Source of the DNA: Rhizophagus irregularis
Taxonomy: Eukaryota
Direction of reading: 5' to 3'
Assembly (NCBI RefSeq): GCF_026210795.1
Contig: NC_089430.1
Span: forward strand, 2,914,001 to 2,978,000
Length of the DNA stretch: 64,000 nt
Both the position numbers and the translations under genes were made by a program. The notes under the pieces were generated by a model. The model searched no databases. It had not been told where the DNA came from and worked only from the letters and a program-made list of their open reading frames with translations. This document shows positions 42,250-58,338 of the stretch, piece after piece (position 1 is the first letter of the stretch; each line of letters opens with the position of its first letter).

Positions 42250-43660
42250 ATGCAGAAAATAAGTGTTGTGATAGGGACCTTTGAGCTCTCCTATCATTCA
42301 AGTCTTTGAACTGAGCACAAAGCTAGTATTATGGGCACAAATGACCTTCAAGTTTGCCTGTAATTAAGTTTGGTGGAATGGAAATCAGGCGGAATGAATG
42401 AAAATATTATATTTTTAAAGATAATATATATTAATGCTAAATCTTCTATTTAAGGGACCAGATACTGATGTAGCAAAGAATTGGGAGAAGGAGTATCCAA
42501 CCAGACCTTTGATTTATATCAATCAACTGATATACAATGGAAGGTCTAACAATATGGGATTACTTAGAATTCACCTAAAAGGATTACATTCTACCTTTGA
42601 TAGCCAAAAATTTGGATGTTGTTTTCTGATCAGAATATTGGTGACATTTATACAAAAAGATATCTAAAAACACAATTGTGGTCAAAAATAAAAAAAAATT
42701 AACTGCTATTGAAAAAGTTACATTATGATCTAGTATATTTAGGATAATTGATTTATTTGCACATATGATGAAAAAGTGGTTTTCTGTTGAAAATAGAAAG
42801 TTTATATAAGTCTATAATATAAATTTTTGAATTAACCAATAAAGAAAGCTTATTTATTATAATAATGTAAGTATTATTAATTTAAATTTAGCTTATACAT
42901 ATGCATATTAATTAATTAATCATTTTTTTTACAGATAGTAATATACAAATTTTGTATTAAAAAGCATATTGATTCTGATAAAAACAGTTACTTATACAAA
43001 TATATTTTAAATTATTAGTGATTTATTTTGATTTATATATTAATGATTTTTTACTATAGAAGTAAAAACAGTAATATGTTGGACTTTATATACATACTAT
43101 AGAAATTGATGTGATTTTAAAACCTGTTCATATATTATTGAAAGGTTAAGGAATAATTTTATAGTATAACAAAAATGGTAGGTATAATAAGATTTGCTTA
43201 CTTTATAATTCCATTTTTATGAGTTATTCTAAAGTTCAAAAGTTTTATTTATAAAGAGAAATTATTAAATAATGATATATATAAAGGGGTGAATTATTCT
43301 ATTCATTAAGCAAGAGTGCAGAATATAGAAGATGATGTATATTTTTTAATAATATCAAGAGTTGATATTGAAAAATAGGAGTTTTTTGCAAAACTTACAG
43401 AAGTAAAAGCAATTAAGTAGTAATCATTTCCATTTTGCTGAATTAACTAGTTTATTTTTAAATGATTTATTTAATTTTAATTTTACTAATAAATAGATTA
43501 AAGAAATCAATGTACCTTTTTTACAGTTTTTTGGTATATTTGATTAGATGTTAGTTGAAAATTTAGTTAAAAGTTTCTATATTATCTTCTCTGAATTAAA
43601 ATTTGAGTTGCTTATAAAGTTTCAACATATCAAAAAACTGAAGTCTTCTATAATTATTAT
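42250..43660 (+). pseudogene. Heavily decayed multi-exon coding remnant, probably TE-derived
   Basis: Coding-like fragments (GPDTDVAKNWEKEYPTRPLI; YFLIISRVDI) with splice-like sites and many stops; family not identifiable by eye. Confidence 0.3.
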
Positions 43661-44297
43661 AAAGTTTATTATAGTAAATTTACAATTCTATTTATTCAAC
43701 ATTAGAAATATTTGATTAATTCATTTTTATATTTTATATAAAATATATACAAGAAAATAAATGAAATCATGAAAACCAAAAAAAGTATTAGTAATGCATT
43801 TAACAATATTTTTAATAGTAATGATCTTGATACAAATAAACTTACCAAAATGCATTACAATTTAAAAAAAAAAAAATAATAAATACAAATAAACTCATCT
43901 ATTATAAATCTGAGCTTATTTATAAATTATAGTAATATTAAAAATTATGAGAGAAATAATCAGTAATATGGTGCAGATATCCTGGTATTTTAGATAGATA
44001 AAAAAAAATTATATTTTATTAATTAAGTATAAAAGAATTGTATTTTATAAAAAACATTTATTCTATAAAAAGAATTTTTTTATTATTTTATTTTATTTTT
44101 ATTTATATTATTATATATTATTTTGATAGTTCTGTTAAAATTTTTATTTTTATTATATAATAGGTAGTATAGTAATATCATATAAAATTTTAAAAGTAAA
44201 TTTAAAATATGTATATATATATTTCAGAAGGAAAGGATTTTAAGTAATAATTCCTATTAGGAGAATAATTATTTAAATAATTACTATCTATATAAAT

Positions 44298-44780
44298 TAA
44301 AGCTCTACATAAGTCAGCTTACGAGTCAAAAGTACTTTAAAAATATATTAGCTTGCAAGCCAACTTGTGAGCCAATATATTTTTAAAGTACTTTCCCTAT
44401 AAAAAATATTTTTGCTAAAATATACTTAAAATAAACTTAAAATTTTATTTTATACTTAAAATATACTGAAATAGGCAAAAATTAAATATCATTTAAGTAT
44501 AATTTAAATATATAATAATATACTTAAAATATTCTTATTTTAAATATCCTTAAAATATACTGGAAATGGGTAAAATTTAAATGTAAATTAAATATATTTT
44601 AAGTATATATTAAATACAATTTAATTCAAATTTTGTGAAAATTCAATTTTCAGTATATTTTAAGTATAAAATAAAAAAATTAAGTATATTTTGAAGAAAA
44701 TTAAATATTTTAAATATATTTTAAGTAAAATTTTTTTTTATAAAGTTTTGGCTCGCAAGCTGGCTTATATAAAATTTTAA
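44298..44780. mobile_element. Palindromic MITE with a nested CCCT-terminal palindromic insert (~44395-44745)
   Basis: ataagtcagcttacgagtcaaaa / ttttggctcgcaagctggcttat inverted ends; inner ccctataaaaaa ... ttttttataaag. Confidence 0.55.
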
Positions 44781-45248
44781 TATAAATGAATAAAAAAATT
44801 ATTTTTATCTATTCCAATAAATATTTTAAATGTTTGAACTTTTTTTATAATGAAAAGATAAAATAATTATTAGTTTCATGAAATTTTCAAGATTTCTTGT
44901 TTGAAAAATAAATAATTTATATAAAGATAAGTAAATAATTTATTATTTCCTGAATGATGAAAGTTTGATGAATAAGTGTATTTTTGATGATTTGATAAAA
45001 AGTTTTATATTTATTTTTCCATTAATAGAAAAATATTAATGGAAATTTTAATTTAACTTTATGCAAAATAATATTTTTTTTTTTATAAAATTTATTTTTA
45101 TTTTGATTTCATGAAATTTATTTAAGTTAAATTTATTGATATTTGAAATTTTACTATGAGTTATTATAGTAAATAAAATTTTCTTCTCTTTAAAAAATTA
45201 TATACAATTGCTTCAGCTTATTAAGATATTTGCCAATGAGAAGTACTA

Positions 45249-47499
45249 CAGTCAAAGCTCGTTATAGTGAACCCTTGCCTGGGCCTAGACTTTTTGTTTA
45301 CTATAACGAATATTTACAAAATCGAAAGTTCTCTTTATAGTAAACTTTATATTAGCACAAAAAAAGTTTCTTTTAACAAAAGTTTTTTGAATTTTATTAT
45401 CAACAATTATGTATTTACATATTTCAAGTATTTAACATAAGTTCATATAACTATCTAATGTAAACTGCTTTACATTATCTTGAATTTTTTTGTTAATTTT
45501 TGATTTTAAAATATTAAGAGATTTCAATTCTGTGTAATTAATTGTAATATCATCGGGTGGATTTTTAAAATAAAGAATTACTTTTTCTAAACTATTCAAA
45601 GCCTCTTTATTAGTAATAATATTTATTTCGGATTCTTCATCCTCTTCTGTATTATTATTTTCAGGATTTGAAATTACCGCATCTATAATTTCTTTATCTG
45701 ATAATGATTCTATTGGAATCTCGTCATCAATACAAATAAACTCCTTAGCTGTAATAGGATCTTGTAAATTTAATTCATTAATAATGTCTTGTAATTCTAA
45801 AGTAATTTCCTTGATATCGTCATCAATAGTATTTTGGTCAAAATCGTCTTCTAAATTTGGTAAAATACACATTTTTCTCCAGCAATTTTTAATTGTACTT
45901 GATTTTACTATTTTCCATGCCTCACTTGCAAATGTTATAGCATCAAGAATATCAATTGGTGTTATATCCGAACTATTTTCTTGAGCCATATCATATGCCT
46001 CCACCCTATTTGCGACCAAAAGTTTTCTATACTGGGCCTAAAAAATATTTAGATAATAAGATATTAAATTATAACAAATAATATTAATAATTAGTGTATT
46101 TATTCTTACTTTAAAACTGTTGATAATACCAGCATCTAAAGGTTGCAAGTGAGAAGTTGTATTTGGAGGAAGAAAATGTACTTTAATATTCGATAATTGT
46201 ATAGTTTCATCAATTAAATGTGTGGGTGCATTATCCGCTAATAATAAAATATTGCGATTTTGTCGTCTCATTAATTGATTAAGTTTATTAAGATAATCAC
46301 GCCATACTGATACTTGCATCCAAGCTGTACGGTTCCAATAATACCAAACGGGTAAATCATCCTTTTTAATTCCCTTTAAAACACGCGAGTCTCGCCACTG
46401 CGTATTACTAATGCAGGTAACTTATGACTACCATCAGCATTACAGGTTAAAACAATTGTAATCCGATTTTTTGATTTTTTAGTGCCAGAAATATAATGAT
46501 CTGAAAGTGTCTTGGATGGTTCTAAATTCCAAAATAAAGCTAAAAAATACAAAATTATTACAATTAATAATGATAATAATAATGATATTTTGTGTAACTC
46601 CAATTGTATTTACCTGTTTCATCAACATTATAGACGTTACGAAGATCATATTGTTCAATAATTTCTTGCAAAGCCACACGTTCTTCTTCTAATGTTTCTA
46701 ATGGTGCACTGTTCGCTTCACCAGCTTTAATAAATTGTTTTATATTATAACGCTTTTTAAACTTTGATAACCACCCATCTGAAGCAGTAAAAGTTGTTGT
46801 TTGTAATTGAGTCGCAAAATTTAAAGCTTTAGCCTTTAATATGTCACCTGTAATTGTTAAATTTGAAGCTAATGCTTGCTGCATCCATAAATATAATACA
46901 GATTCAATTTCTGGAAATTTTGCACCTCTATCCCTTTTTTGATTACTTAATTCTTTATTTGCAATATCAATACACAGCCATTTTTCCTTTTCTTTTAGTA
47001 TTCTAGAAACTTGCGGTTTTGATATATCATATTTTTTAGTAAGATCATTTTGATTATATGATGGATTATCCCTTTTCCACTCACATAATTCTTTTTTTTG
47101 CACAAACGACAAACTTTTTCTTTTACTAGCTTTTTTTACTTCTTTTCCTTTGCCTTTTCCAACGGGTGGCATTTTCAAGAACAACGAAAAAAAGTTGTAT
47201 CACAATAATAGGCGTTTATCATTAAAAAAAAAGGAAATTAAACTAACTACATGTGTTTAAAAATGATTCGCAAATGCAAATCTAATGATTTCACGTGATA
47301 TTTACTATAACGAGAATATATTTATAATATACGTTCTATAGTAAAATTCTAAAAAAGTTTACTATATCTAATATCGAGATTTTATTAGTAAGTTTACTAT
47401 AACGAACAAGATTTATTAGTAAGTGAACCGGGGGAATAAAAAAAGTTTATTATAAGCCAAATTTACTATAACGAGCTTTACTATAATGAGTGTTGACTG
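45249..47499 (-). mobile_element. pogo/Tigger-family (CENP-B-like) DNA transposon, full length
   Basis: TA TSDs; TIRs cagtcaaagctcgttatagt / actataatgagtgttgactg; internal tttactataacga repeats. Confidence 0.93.
45432..47172 (-). pseudogene. pogo transposase (HTH-psq, CENP-B HTH, DD32D), 3 exons, one frameshift near 46385
   Basis: ASDGWLSKFKKRY, VYNVDET, LLADNAPTH...FLPPNTTSHLQPLDAGII. Exons 47172-46614, 46539-46110, 46037-45432. The frameshift could be a sequencing error. Confidence 0.85.
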
Positions 47500-48278
47500 T
47501 ATATCACATAATATGTACCTATTATGATCCACTTTTATTTAATAAATTATTGAGATATTAAATTTTGTTCATGGAAATAATTATAGAAAAAGAATTTAAA
47601 TTTATTTTTATTTAGTAAATTATTGAAAAATTAATTTTATTTATAAAGATATTTATTGAAAAGAATTATAGTTCAAAGATTAGATAAAAATTAACTGAAG
47701 TTTATAAATATCTATTGAAAGATCATGTTTAATATTAACTCAGTAATATTTAGTTTAGAAATTTATTTTTCAAAATAAGTAAAAATATGGCAGATTTTTA
47801 TTATATTAAACCAAGCAAGAATTATTGAAGATGCATTAGATCTAAATTGTAAATATTTGTTGTGATTGCATAAGTATACTTTTTATTGCATATTGTGTAG
47901 CAAAATTTAAAAAAATTAATAGTTGCAGTTTCGTTTAACTAATTATTTAGCAGTTAGATTAGATAAATTATTATTAAAAATATATTATTAATAAATTAAA
48001 ATATAATATTATTATTTACAATACATTCTACTTATATTGCAAGAAGCTTTGCAGTTAATTTTAAATTAACTTCATAAGTAACATTATGTGGTTTTGAATA
48101 TTTTCTGAAATCTGCTGGCTAACTAATAACTTTCACTTTAGGTTTAATTTTAGAACAGATAACTGGTTATAGAATTTAATAATTTATTTGATGTAATATT
48201 TGGCCAAACTTTTATCCAATATTATAAAACTAATCGATATTAATTTATTTTTAAACAACTCATAAAGATACTTAATTT

Positions 48279-48562
48279 CACTGGTCAAAAACTAATATAT
48301 TAGGTAGCAGATATGTACCTAATATGTGTAGTATTAATGCTGAAAATCGGGTACCTGATATGTGTAAGATATGTGTAAATATATATATCATATACATATC
48401 AGATACCGATATGTATATGATATGTAAATGATATGTAGACGATATATATATTTACACATATCTTACACATGTCGGGTATCCGATTTTCAGCATTAATACT
48501 ACACATATCAGGTACATATCTGATACATATCTGCTACCCGATATATTAGTTTTTGACCAGTA
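48279..48562. mobile_element. CACTG-terminal palindromic MITE (related to 16491-16768)
   Basis: cactggtcaaaaactaatatat ... atatattagtttttgaccagta; 3-bp TSD ttt. Confidence 0.8.
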
Positions 48563-51330
48563 TTTCACTTTCAACTATTTTTATACACTTTAAAAGAAGA
48601 AGGATAGAAATAAAGTCATTTTTTTGTGAAGATAATTTTCTTTTATTTTTTTCCATTTTACATTTTTTATTTCTTTTTTTAGTATATTTATTAGATTTTA
48701 TTATATTATGTATTTTTAGAACTTACTTAAGGAGTTTAGAAATTGCTTTTGATTTAAAAAAGCTATTAGTATCTAGTTTTTCTATTTATACATCTGGATA
48801 TTTAATAGTAAATAATAAGTTTTATTTCAATATACAATCCTTTCACAATAAATAGGGTCTTTTCAATTACAACTTTAGAGATTATTTGTAAATATAAGAT
48901 CTTCTTCTTTAATAGCTGATTGGTTTTAATTTAATTGTGTATTTATCAGATTTTATAACTTAATTAGAGAAAGTTGTCTGAAACCTGTTCTCTTTAGAAG
49001 TTTAGAGGAAAGACAATTTAGATTGATTACAATTTTCTTTTTTTTATCAATTATAAAAATCTTTTTTTTCTTTTTAATACTTTATGTAAAAAGATGGGTA
49101 TTTGACATTAAAATAAACTATTACAAATGAACTTTACCCTTTTAGCAAAAACTCTATCTGACAATGATTATATGTAGTGCTTTTTGCATGACAAGTGGTT
49201 TTGAAGTTAATGGTATTAGATATTAGTTTGAAGTTTTATTTTATTTTTGTATTTTGGCTTTATCAATTTATTTAATAAACTTTCAAATACATTGCAATAA
49301 AAAAAAAATTAATATTTTTTGAATTTAGAAAATTTTTTTAATTTTTCTTATTAATATTTTTAAAATGCAAATTTTTCCTTTTAATTATTTTTGAATTTTC
49401 AAATCAAATTATTATTTTATATAAAAACTTTGTAAATATATTATATATATAATAAGTAATTTTAGTAAATCTGCTTTACAATTTTTTTAATATATTTTCA
49501 AACTTTAATTATAACTTTTATTTTTACTTTTTATAATTTTTATTCTAAACTTATATAAATAATATGGATATTTGAGATTCTTTTTTTTATCTAAATATAA
49601 AAGGTAAAAAATATTGTTGTATTTTTTATTTTATATTTAAAGATTCTTTATTATTAATAATAAATAGTAGATAAGTTAATTATTAATATAAAAAAAAATG
49701 AACTATATAACTTCAAAAAGTTTTTCATTTCTAATTAAAAGATATTTACTTTTTTTTGAAATATTATTTCAATATTTATTAAAAGTTTATGTTACTTCTT
49801 TTAGTATAACTGATATTATTCTACTAAAATACCTTATATTTCTATTTATTTCTATATTATTATTCTATATAGATAAAATCATAAAAATATTAAAAAACTA
49901 GATTATAAAAATAAGTATTAAAAATAAAAAATGATAATTTATTTTGAAATATTAGGTAATAATTAATAAAAAGAAATTATAACAGTAATAGATTTTAATA
50001 AAAATATAATTTTTAAAGTTTTATGTATTTTAGTTTTTAGGTTATACTTTTAATTATTCAAAAGAATTAATAGTATTTCATTTTTATCTTAAAAGATAAT
50101 ATCAATTAAAAATTAAATTTTCTATTAACCTAGTTATTGATAATTAATTACTAATAGTAAGGTACTACATATAGTAATTTTATTATTAATTAAATTACTA
50201 AAAATAATCTTTATTATTAGTTCTTAATTATAAACTTTTGATACAATATTTAGATTACTAATTCTGACTTTTAACAATTAAGATATAATATTTATATGAA
50301 TAAATATGACTTATAATACTCTTATAATATTTTATTCTTTATTTTAAAATTGTTCTTATTACTAAAATCATATCACTATTCTTATTATTGGTACATTATT
50401 ATATTACTAATTCTTGGCATTATATTATTAAATCTTTTATATTGTTTATAATGGATTTATTTTAAACAATACTAACTTATTAAATAATAAAAATTATTAT
50501 TAATATAATTCCTATTATTTATATAATTTTTCATTTTTTCATAATATTTTTTTTTTCTTTTAACTAAAAGATTATTTCTATTATTTTAAATTATTTTAGT
50601 TTCTTTAAAAATTGTTTATATAAAAATATGCTATAATTACTAATATCTTTTTTTTTTAATAATAAACAATTAAAATTCCATAATTTTAAAGGAAAAACTC
50701 CTTTGATTAAATCTATAAATATTAATATTGCTTTATTTAATTATTAATTATTATTATTTTTTTTATTGAGTAAATGTTTATATCAAATTGTAAAAAAAAA
50801 AGACAAATAAAAAGTCATTGATTATAACTCTTTTATAAAAATTCCAATATACCTGTTACAACACATGTAAATCATTTCTTAATTTATAAAATTCTCACGG
50901 ATTTTTACTATATTTGTCTTAATTACAACCGTTTTTTCGCACCACATACGTGTAAAACTTTCCATTACTAGAAATGTAGAAAATGATAAAAACCAATAGA
51001 TATCATAAAATCATGCAACGTCATGCTATAAGTGATCACAAGGTATTAATATGGTTGTTACACAAGCTTAATTAGATTCGAGTATTTAAAGAACCGCTTG
51101 TTGATAAAATTTTCCCTACCAAAAAGTTGTTATCAATATTGTTAAGGTAAAATAATATTTCAACAATATTATTTGTGTTTTTGGTGTGGGTTTTATAGTT
51201 TCTTACTTATTTATTATCATTGGTTTAAACAGTTAGTTAATGGTCTGTAATTCTGAGAAGAGAATAATTTCATAGGGAAAAAGTTTTTTTTGCTATATAA
51301 ACACGATACGGGTTAAATCAAACCATTGTA

Positions 51331-51782
51331 ATGGCTAAGACTCCGACGCCCCGTCCAAAAAGCGGTAAAGGACTTGGAAAAAGTGCTAAAGTTAGTGCAA
51401 TGCGGCATAGGGTAAATATTTAAAGTAAATACTAAGTTGATTGGATTGCCTATTCACTTTTTAACTGAAGAATAATTTATTTTATTTTTAGAAATTGCTG
51501 CGTGAGAACATCAAAGCGATCACACGACCTGCTATTCGAAGAATGGCACGTCGAGGTGGCGTTAAACGAATATCGGGCGAAATATATGAAATTGCAAGAA
51601 CTTGTATAAAAGATTTCGTCACGGATGTTCTCAAAGACTGTGTTTCCTATGTAGAATATGAACGAAAAAAAACGGTGGGTGTTATGGAGATGTTGTTGGC
51701 CCTCAAAAGACAAGGACGAACTATATATGGGTTCGATCATGAAATCAGAGGACGACACACCCATGCACATTTTCATTATTAA
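51331..51782 (+). CDS. Divergent histone H4 variant (H4E/hH4v-like), 123 aa, one intron
   Basis: Exons 51331-51411 and 51492-51782: [56 protein letters not shown]...[27 protein letters not shown]. Confidence 0.93.
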
Positions 51783-52387
51783 TAAGAATATCCGTCCCCA
51801 AAAATTTTTGGATTATTTCTTGTATAAAATTGTGACATTGAGAGTTTATCTATAGAGATATAAATAATTCATAAATTATCTGGTCGATACTTGATTCTCA
51901 TTATTTTTTTCTACCGTTATCGATTTTCTCTCCAATTTAAACACTTGTTAAATATAAATTCTATTCTCTGCAAATAACTATCCGTCACCTCTTATTATAA
52001 AAAAAAAAATTAAAATGTATCATAAAAATGAATTTAAAAAAAAATTATGAAAAGATGAGATGTATTTAAATAAATACTTCTCAAACCTAAAAATCATAAA
52101 TCTATATTTTAAAATATTTATTTTTTAAAGATGTTTAAATCTAGATCAAAATAAATTCGAATTATTAAAATTTATCATATATTCATGATTTCAAATGTAA
52201 ATACGCAGCAGCTGAACGCAAAAAAATTGAGCATTACCGTTTTCACGAAAATCAAGATCTAAATTTGGTATCATAATATTTAGTCAACATCTCCGTAAAA
52301 GTTACACTGCTTTCTATTTGTCCAGTAATCTACTAATTATTTGAACATCTCATTTGAGCGTTTCTTTGATTTAATTCTTCGTATTAT

Positions 52388-54717
<2,330 letters not shown>

Positions 54718-55106
54718 GATTTGTTTTTTTTATGCATACACTCATTTATTATTCATTCATTTATTTATTTAAAACACACTTTAACAAACTAATGTTTTAT
54801 ACTGATAAAATGTATATTAGTATATAAAATAATTAATAATCGATATTATTTAGGCATTAAATTTTAATAAAGTATTAAAAGATGAAAATAATATAAGTAA
54901 TATAATGTATTAAATGCAATAAATAAATATAAAGTAGACAAATAAAAAAATTTTTTTTTTTTACGTGAGATTTTAGAGTTATTTAAATAACTCCTATAAT
55001 TAGATAAGAAATAAATTAACCCTTTTTGCTAAACATATTGTGTTTTTGTACTGTGATATTTTGTTTGTTACACTTTTTTTTTATGTGAAATGATATTATT
55101 GATAAT

Positions 55107-56224
55107 TTAAATTTTTTCAGAAATAAAAGTTTGTAATATTTGACCATCCTCGAGTGAAATATCATGTAATTTCGTTCTATCATCAAACATACGACCTAAA
55201 AAGAAAAATCTAATATTGAACCTTTTAATATCAATATTTTGGTCCGTACATAATTTTACTTTTAAAGTAGCAATAGTATCCAATTTTGGATTATAATTAA
55301 TTTTAACATCTCTTGTACTTGTTGATAATCTTATTGTAAAAGTGTGTCCTGGACCAACAATTTCTTGTTCAGCAAGTAATTTAGTATCAAGGTTTTCAAC
55401 ACGTTGTGATGTACCTTCATCATAATTATTGTCCGTAATAAGATTTGTCGGATCAACGATACAATATATGGGTATAACATATCTATTTCCAAGTTCATCA
55501 TAACAACCATCAGATAAATTTCCCGTTGGTATAGTAATATTTGCAGAATCAATAATAGCTTGAGATAAAGTCAAATCTTCTGATTCACATGAACATCGAA
55601 GAGCTTGCCAAATTTCCAAACGACCCTTAAAATAAAAAAAAAAATTAAAACTTTTGTCCTAAATTCCATGATATTTCATTATCATTTATCATTCTTACTT
55701 CATAACTAGGTGCAGTATCCCAAAACGCGTCACGTTGTCGTTTTAAATTATATATAGTTATTGGAGAATCCGCTGTCCATGTTATGCCTTTTTTAATGAG
55801 TGGCCTATTACCTATAATTTAAAAATAAATATTACTCAATAATAAGAATTATAAACAATGTATCTAATCTATGGTTTTTTTGAAAAATAAATAATTTGGA
55901 ATAATTATAGGTCATTGATAACAATTGAGATAGTATTGATAGGATTCCACAATCAACAAATTTGGGAAAATTTATTTACAAAACATTTATTATTTTAAAG
56001 AAGCATCGATTTCTATTCATTCAATTAATAATATCTGTTAAATTTTTTTCTATAAATATTTTTCCTAATATTCAAAACCGATTTTGAGTGGTCACCCCAA
56101 TATCATCTGATTATTGAGTTGTCCAATTTATCTTTATAATCTCACCTCCTCTAGGAATAGGGTTACCATCGGCCCCTTCTTGCCTGAGAGAATCATCATC
56201 ATTTCTTGAGGAACAACAACCCAT
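55107..56224 (-). CDS. UBTD: Ubiquitin domain-containing protein UBTD1/2 (DC-UbP) homolog
   Basis: MGCCSS N-terminus; RQRDAFWDTAPSYEGRLEIWQAL, GCYDELGNRYVIPIYC; C-terminal Ubl; 3 exons. Confidence 0.92.
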
Positions 56225-57157
56225 AAGTTTCTAATGGAAATTTTTGATGACTTAATTTGACTAGAATGAAAAGAAAATATAATATATATATTAAATGTCA
56301 AAAGTCGCGTAAAAAAAGTATCCGTAACGCGTTCCAAAATGTAAAAATAGATTAAATGTGATAAAGTATTTGTTTATGCTTTGTTTTTTAAAGAAAAACA
56401 ATTAATAATGGAAAGAACGGCTCTAAATGTGACGCTTTCAAGCAAAAGAACGAATCAAATGGTCAAAAGATAAATTATTCGAACTAAAAAAGAGTTAATA
56501 ATTTTAAATAATGAAGTAAATTAGTATCAATAAAAGAATAAAATTATTTTTTGTGTTCAAGATTATTTAAAAAAAAAAAGAAAGTAAGAAAGAGAACATT
56601 TTCAGTTGAATTTCATAATGCGATACATGTGTCGTGTAACTAATATAATTATATCGATTGGCTAAAAATATAGGAGGTTATTTTTTTTGACGTTTGTCAA
56701 ATGACGATTATCGATAATAGATCAATTCCCATGAATAGATTTTCGTTTAACCTTGAACTTTAAGTTAATTTTTGCTGATATCAGATATCTCGGTATGTAT
56801 GTATATATTGCCTGATTTTCTTTTAAAAAAAAAAAATTTTTTCGCGGTAACAATCAACACCTTCGTTCTTCGGACCAAACAAAAAAATTATTGTATTTAT
56901 TAATTTGTTTATTTTGCCTTTTCTATAAATATAATGGAATAAATTTTGTTTGTTAATTTTGGTTTAAATTCTTTTTTTTTAGCATTTGGTCTTTTCTTTT
57001 TTGAATTTAGTATTGTATAGGTAAGAAATGAAAGGGAAGACTATACTCCATATATACAAAGCATTACTTAATGATATTTTAATGAATAGACTTACTATTA
57101 GTGTAAAATATATGTTCCCTTTTGAGGCTCAAAATATCTTTTTTCACTCATCAGAAA

Positions 57158-57670
57158 ATGTATAGACTTAATGCTATCACTCGACCAAGAACTTTCTTGA
57201 GTAATAATCGAATTGCGGTGCGTGCTGCTAAAATTAGTCCCCCTTTAACATATAAAGGTAAGACTATTTATTACTTAAATATAACAAAATTTTAAAAATT
57301 TTTTTTTTTTATAAAATTAACCTTTTTTTAACAATTAGGAGTTCGTCTTTATTCTGATGCTCATGAAAGTGAAACTTTTGAAGAATTTACTGAACGTTAT
57401 GTTAAATTCTTTGAAGGAGTTGATGATCGTTTTGAATTATCGAGAGGTTTAAACAATTGTTTTGCTCATGATTTAGTACCAGCTCCATCTGTCATTGAAG
57501 CTTCACTTAGAGCTGCTAGACGTGTAAATGATTTTTCAACTGCTGTTAGAGTTTTTGAAGGTTTGAAACAAAAAGTTGAAAATGATGGTCAATATAAACA
57601 ATATTTGGAAGAATTGAAGCCAATTAAAGAAGAATTGGGTATTTTGACCAAAGAAGAATTAGGTCTTTAA
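57158..57670 (+). CDS. COX6: Cytochrome c oxidase subunit VI (COX5A family); missed by the ORF track
   Basis: Exons 57158-57257 and 57339-57670; presequence then ETFEEFTERY...RGLNNCFAHDLVPAPSVIEASLRAARRVNDFSTAVRVFEGLK...ELG. Confidence 0.95.
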
Positions 57671-58338
57671 AAAAAATATATATATTATATATTTATTTGG
57701 TGAGTATTTGAATTCTCTCTCTTTTTTTTTATTTTTTTAATTGTACAAATAATGTGAGAATTTTAATTTAGGATTAAATCTTATGTATATAAAAAAGAAA
57801 TAAATGATGATATTTATTTTATGATTTTTACAAGTGATTTTTTAATAATTATATTGATTTAACATCCTAAAAGTAGGTTATATCAGAGCATATAATTTTT
57901 CATATTAATAAATTATATGTTTCACCAATGATATTGGTTAGTAATAAGTTTGTATGATAAAAATAAAGTTCTTCTTAAGTAGGAAATTAAATTATTAATT
58001 ATCATAACATAAATATTTTACAACCTATAAAAGGAAGTAGAATTAAATTAGTAAAAAGTTCTTATCGTCGAATTTTAAGAGTTAAGAAAAAAATTTTTTT
58101 TTTTCAAATTTCAACTATCTTTATTTTATTATAAATGAACAAAAATCATCATTTTTTTTTTTTGGCATATATGTGTGTTCTTTTCTTTTTAATATACATA
58201 ATCAATAATTACAATATTATTTTTTTCTGGGCGTTAATGATTAAATAAAGATTGCAAGTTTAAAACAAAAATTAAAAAAAAACCAAAAAGTTCGTTCCTA
58301 AAGAAATGATAATAATAATTAAACATCTAATTTTTATT

